A program made the position numbers and the translations under genes. This document shows, piece after piece, positions 62,003 through 64,000 of a DNA stretch of 64,000 nt (its first letter is position 1; every line of letters starts with the position of its first letter). The stretch is taken from the NCBI RefSeq assembly GCF_009914755.1, contig NC_060946.1, one strand, 5' to 3'. The stretch comes from the human T2T-CHM13v2.0 reference genome, Homo sapiens. The notes beneath the pieces were generated by a model. The model was not told the DNA's origin. It saw only the letters and a program-made list of their open reading frames with translations, and did no database searches.

Positions 62003-63145
62003 TACGCTAGATGTTTATAGACATTTCATAACTTAATCTTCACAGCAATGCTCTGGGGTCACAACTGTTGTAAATCCCATTTGGCAAGAGAGAAAGCCAA
62101 TCTCAGAGAGGAAGTTGCTCAGGACACACCTAGTGAATTTTAAGTAGCAGGATTCCAGTACACCTTTGATCCACTCCCTGCCAAGGAGAAAAGCTTTATG
62201 CAGAAAGCAGGGCATTGGGTGGTAACAGGGAAACTTCTCCCAGCACAGGGCCAGGCTGCCCAGTGTTCGGGCCAGCTGCGTGTGACATTGGATCAGTGAG
62301 AGGAGCCCCAGACCTCTCCCCCATAGGCCAGGACCAGGACTGAAACCAGTAAGGAGAGGAAGCTAAGGAGACAGCTTCCTCGTCAGCCCTTGTCCCTCCC
62401 TGGTCCCGGACCACATGAGGAACTGCTCCCTTCCCCCATCCTGAGGTCCACAGAATGACGGTTCCCCTCCGAGTTAACTGGGGAATAACTCAGAAAGCCA
62501 CCCGCAGAACCAATCCCTCCTCCTTCTTAGGGAGGACGTGGAAAAACTGAGAAAGGCCAAAAGCCAGAATGGAAACTCAGTTCTCCTGACTCGGATCCAG
62601 GGCGTGCTCTACTCTTCCTCCTTAGAAGTCTTTCCCAAGGATCCCTGACATTCCATGGTCAGGGAGCAGGAAAGAGACCTTGGTGGGTACTCACTCACCA
62701 GCAATGTGAGTAGGGCGGTCACTTCGCTTCTGTGGCTTCATCTGTAAAATGGGTATAGCCCAAAATACCAGACTCACAGGGCTGCTGAGAGCTTAAATTC
62801 ATAACACATATACACAAAGTGTCTGGCATACAGGTGCTCAGCCAACCTCAAGTCCAGCTATGTCGTTCTCCAAGAACTCAGGTGAGGGAAAGAACCCACT
62901 CCCACCCACCCCGCCCCCACCCCTATACACACAAAGGGCAAATGAAAAAATATGACGAAACACATGCGGGTCAATGCTATGGGGATTCCTGGAGGGGAAA
63001 GTTTCTTCCCTTATCAGCTGTTGGACGACGGAGACGGCACAAAGGAAAAACAAGAATGCTCGGACCCATGGGATGACTGCAGATTTGGGGAAGCCCTCAT
63101 TCTTTTCCCAGAGGCCGGGAGTTCGACCTTCCCCATACACAGTGA

Positions 63146-63800
<655 letters not shown>

Positions 63801-64000
63801 CTCTCCTTCTCCTTTGGGGCTGTGGACAGGGAGAGACCTGGGACCTTTCCTCCCTCCCAAAGGGGACTCCTGCTCTGGGGAAGGAGTCGACGAGGCTACT
63901 TCTCCCGCTCTTTGGGATGTGGGTGGCGGAGGGGTGCAGGGAGCTAGCTGGATGGAGGAGCCCTGGGGCGCCTTCTGAGCGGGCTGAATCTAGAAGGAGC

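Overview
Human (primate) genomic DNA, Alu-rich and GC-rich, recognisable from the encoded proteins as the TEX33 - TST - MPST - KCTD17 locus (22q12.3 from memory, not checked). Four protein-coding genes were reconstructed from GT-AG sites and reading frames. TEX33 (- strand) has 5 coding exons giving 843 nt = 280 aa. TST/rhodanese (- strand) is 595+299 nt = 297 aa. MPST (+ strand) is also 595+299 nt = 297 aa, with an optional 20-aa N-terminal extension; it lies head-to-head with TST on a shared CpG island. Only exon 1 of KCTD17 (+ strand) is present, at the right edge. The rest is Alu, L1, MaLR/ERV LTR, MER and MIR sequence, plus a Y3 RNA retrocopy. I found no new protein-coding system: nearly all other ORFs in the track are Alu-derived, GC-rich or antisense shadows. 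The most interesting items are small structures: a 30-bp-arm hairpin (226-296); a 182-bp tailless insertion with a 19-bp target duplication (8556-8775); an Alu-head/LTR7-head fusion (14686-14768); a Y3-Alu composite with shared flanking repeats; a dual donor/acceptor site, a nuclear-receptor motif cluster and a candidate Alu poison exon in MPST; a ~100-bp templated local duplication (55286-56114); and RFX X-boxes at TEX33 and KCTD17. Repeat subfamily names and boundaries come from recall of consensus sequences and are approximate.
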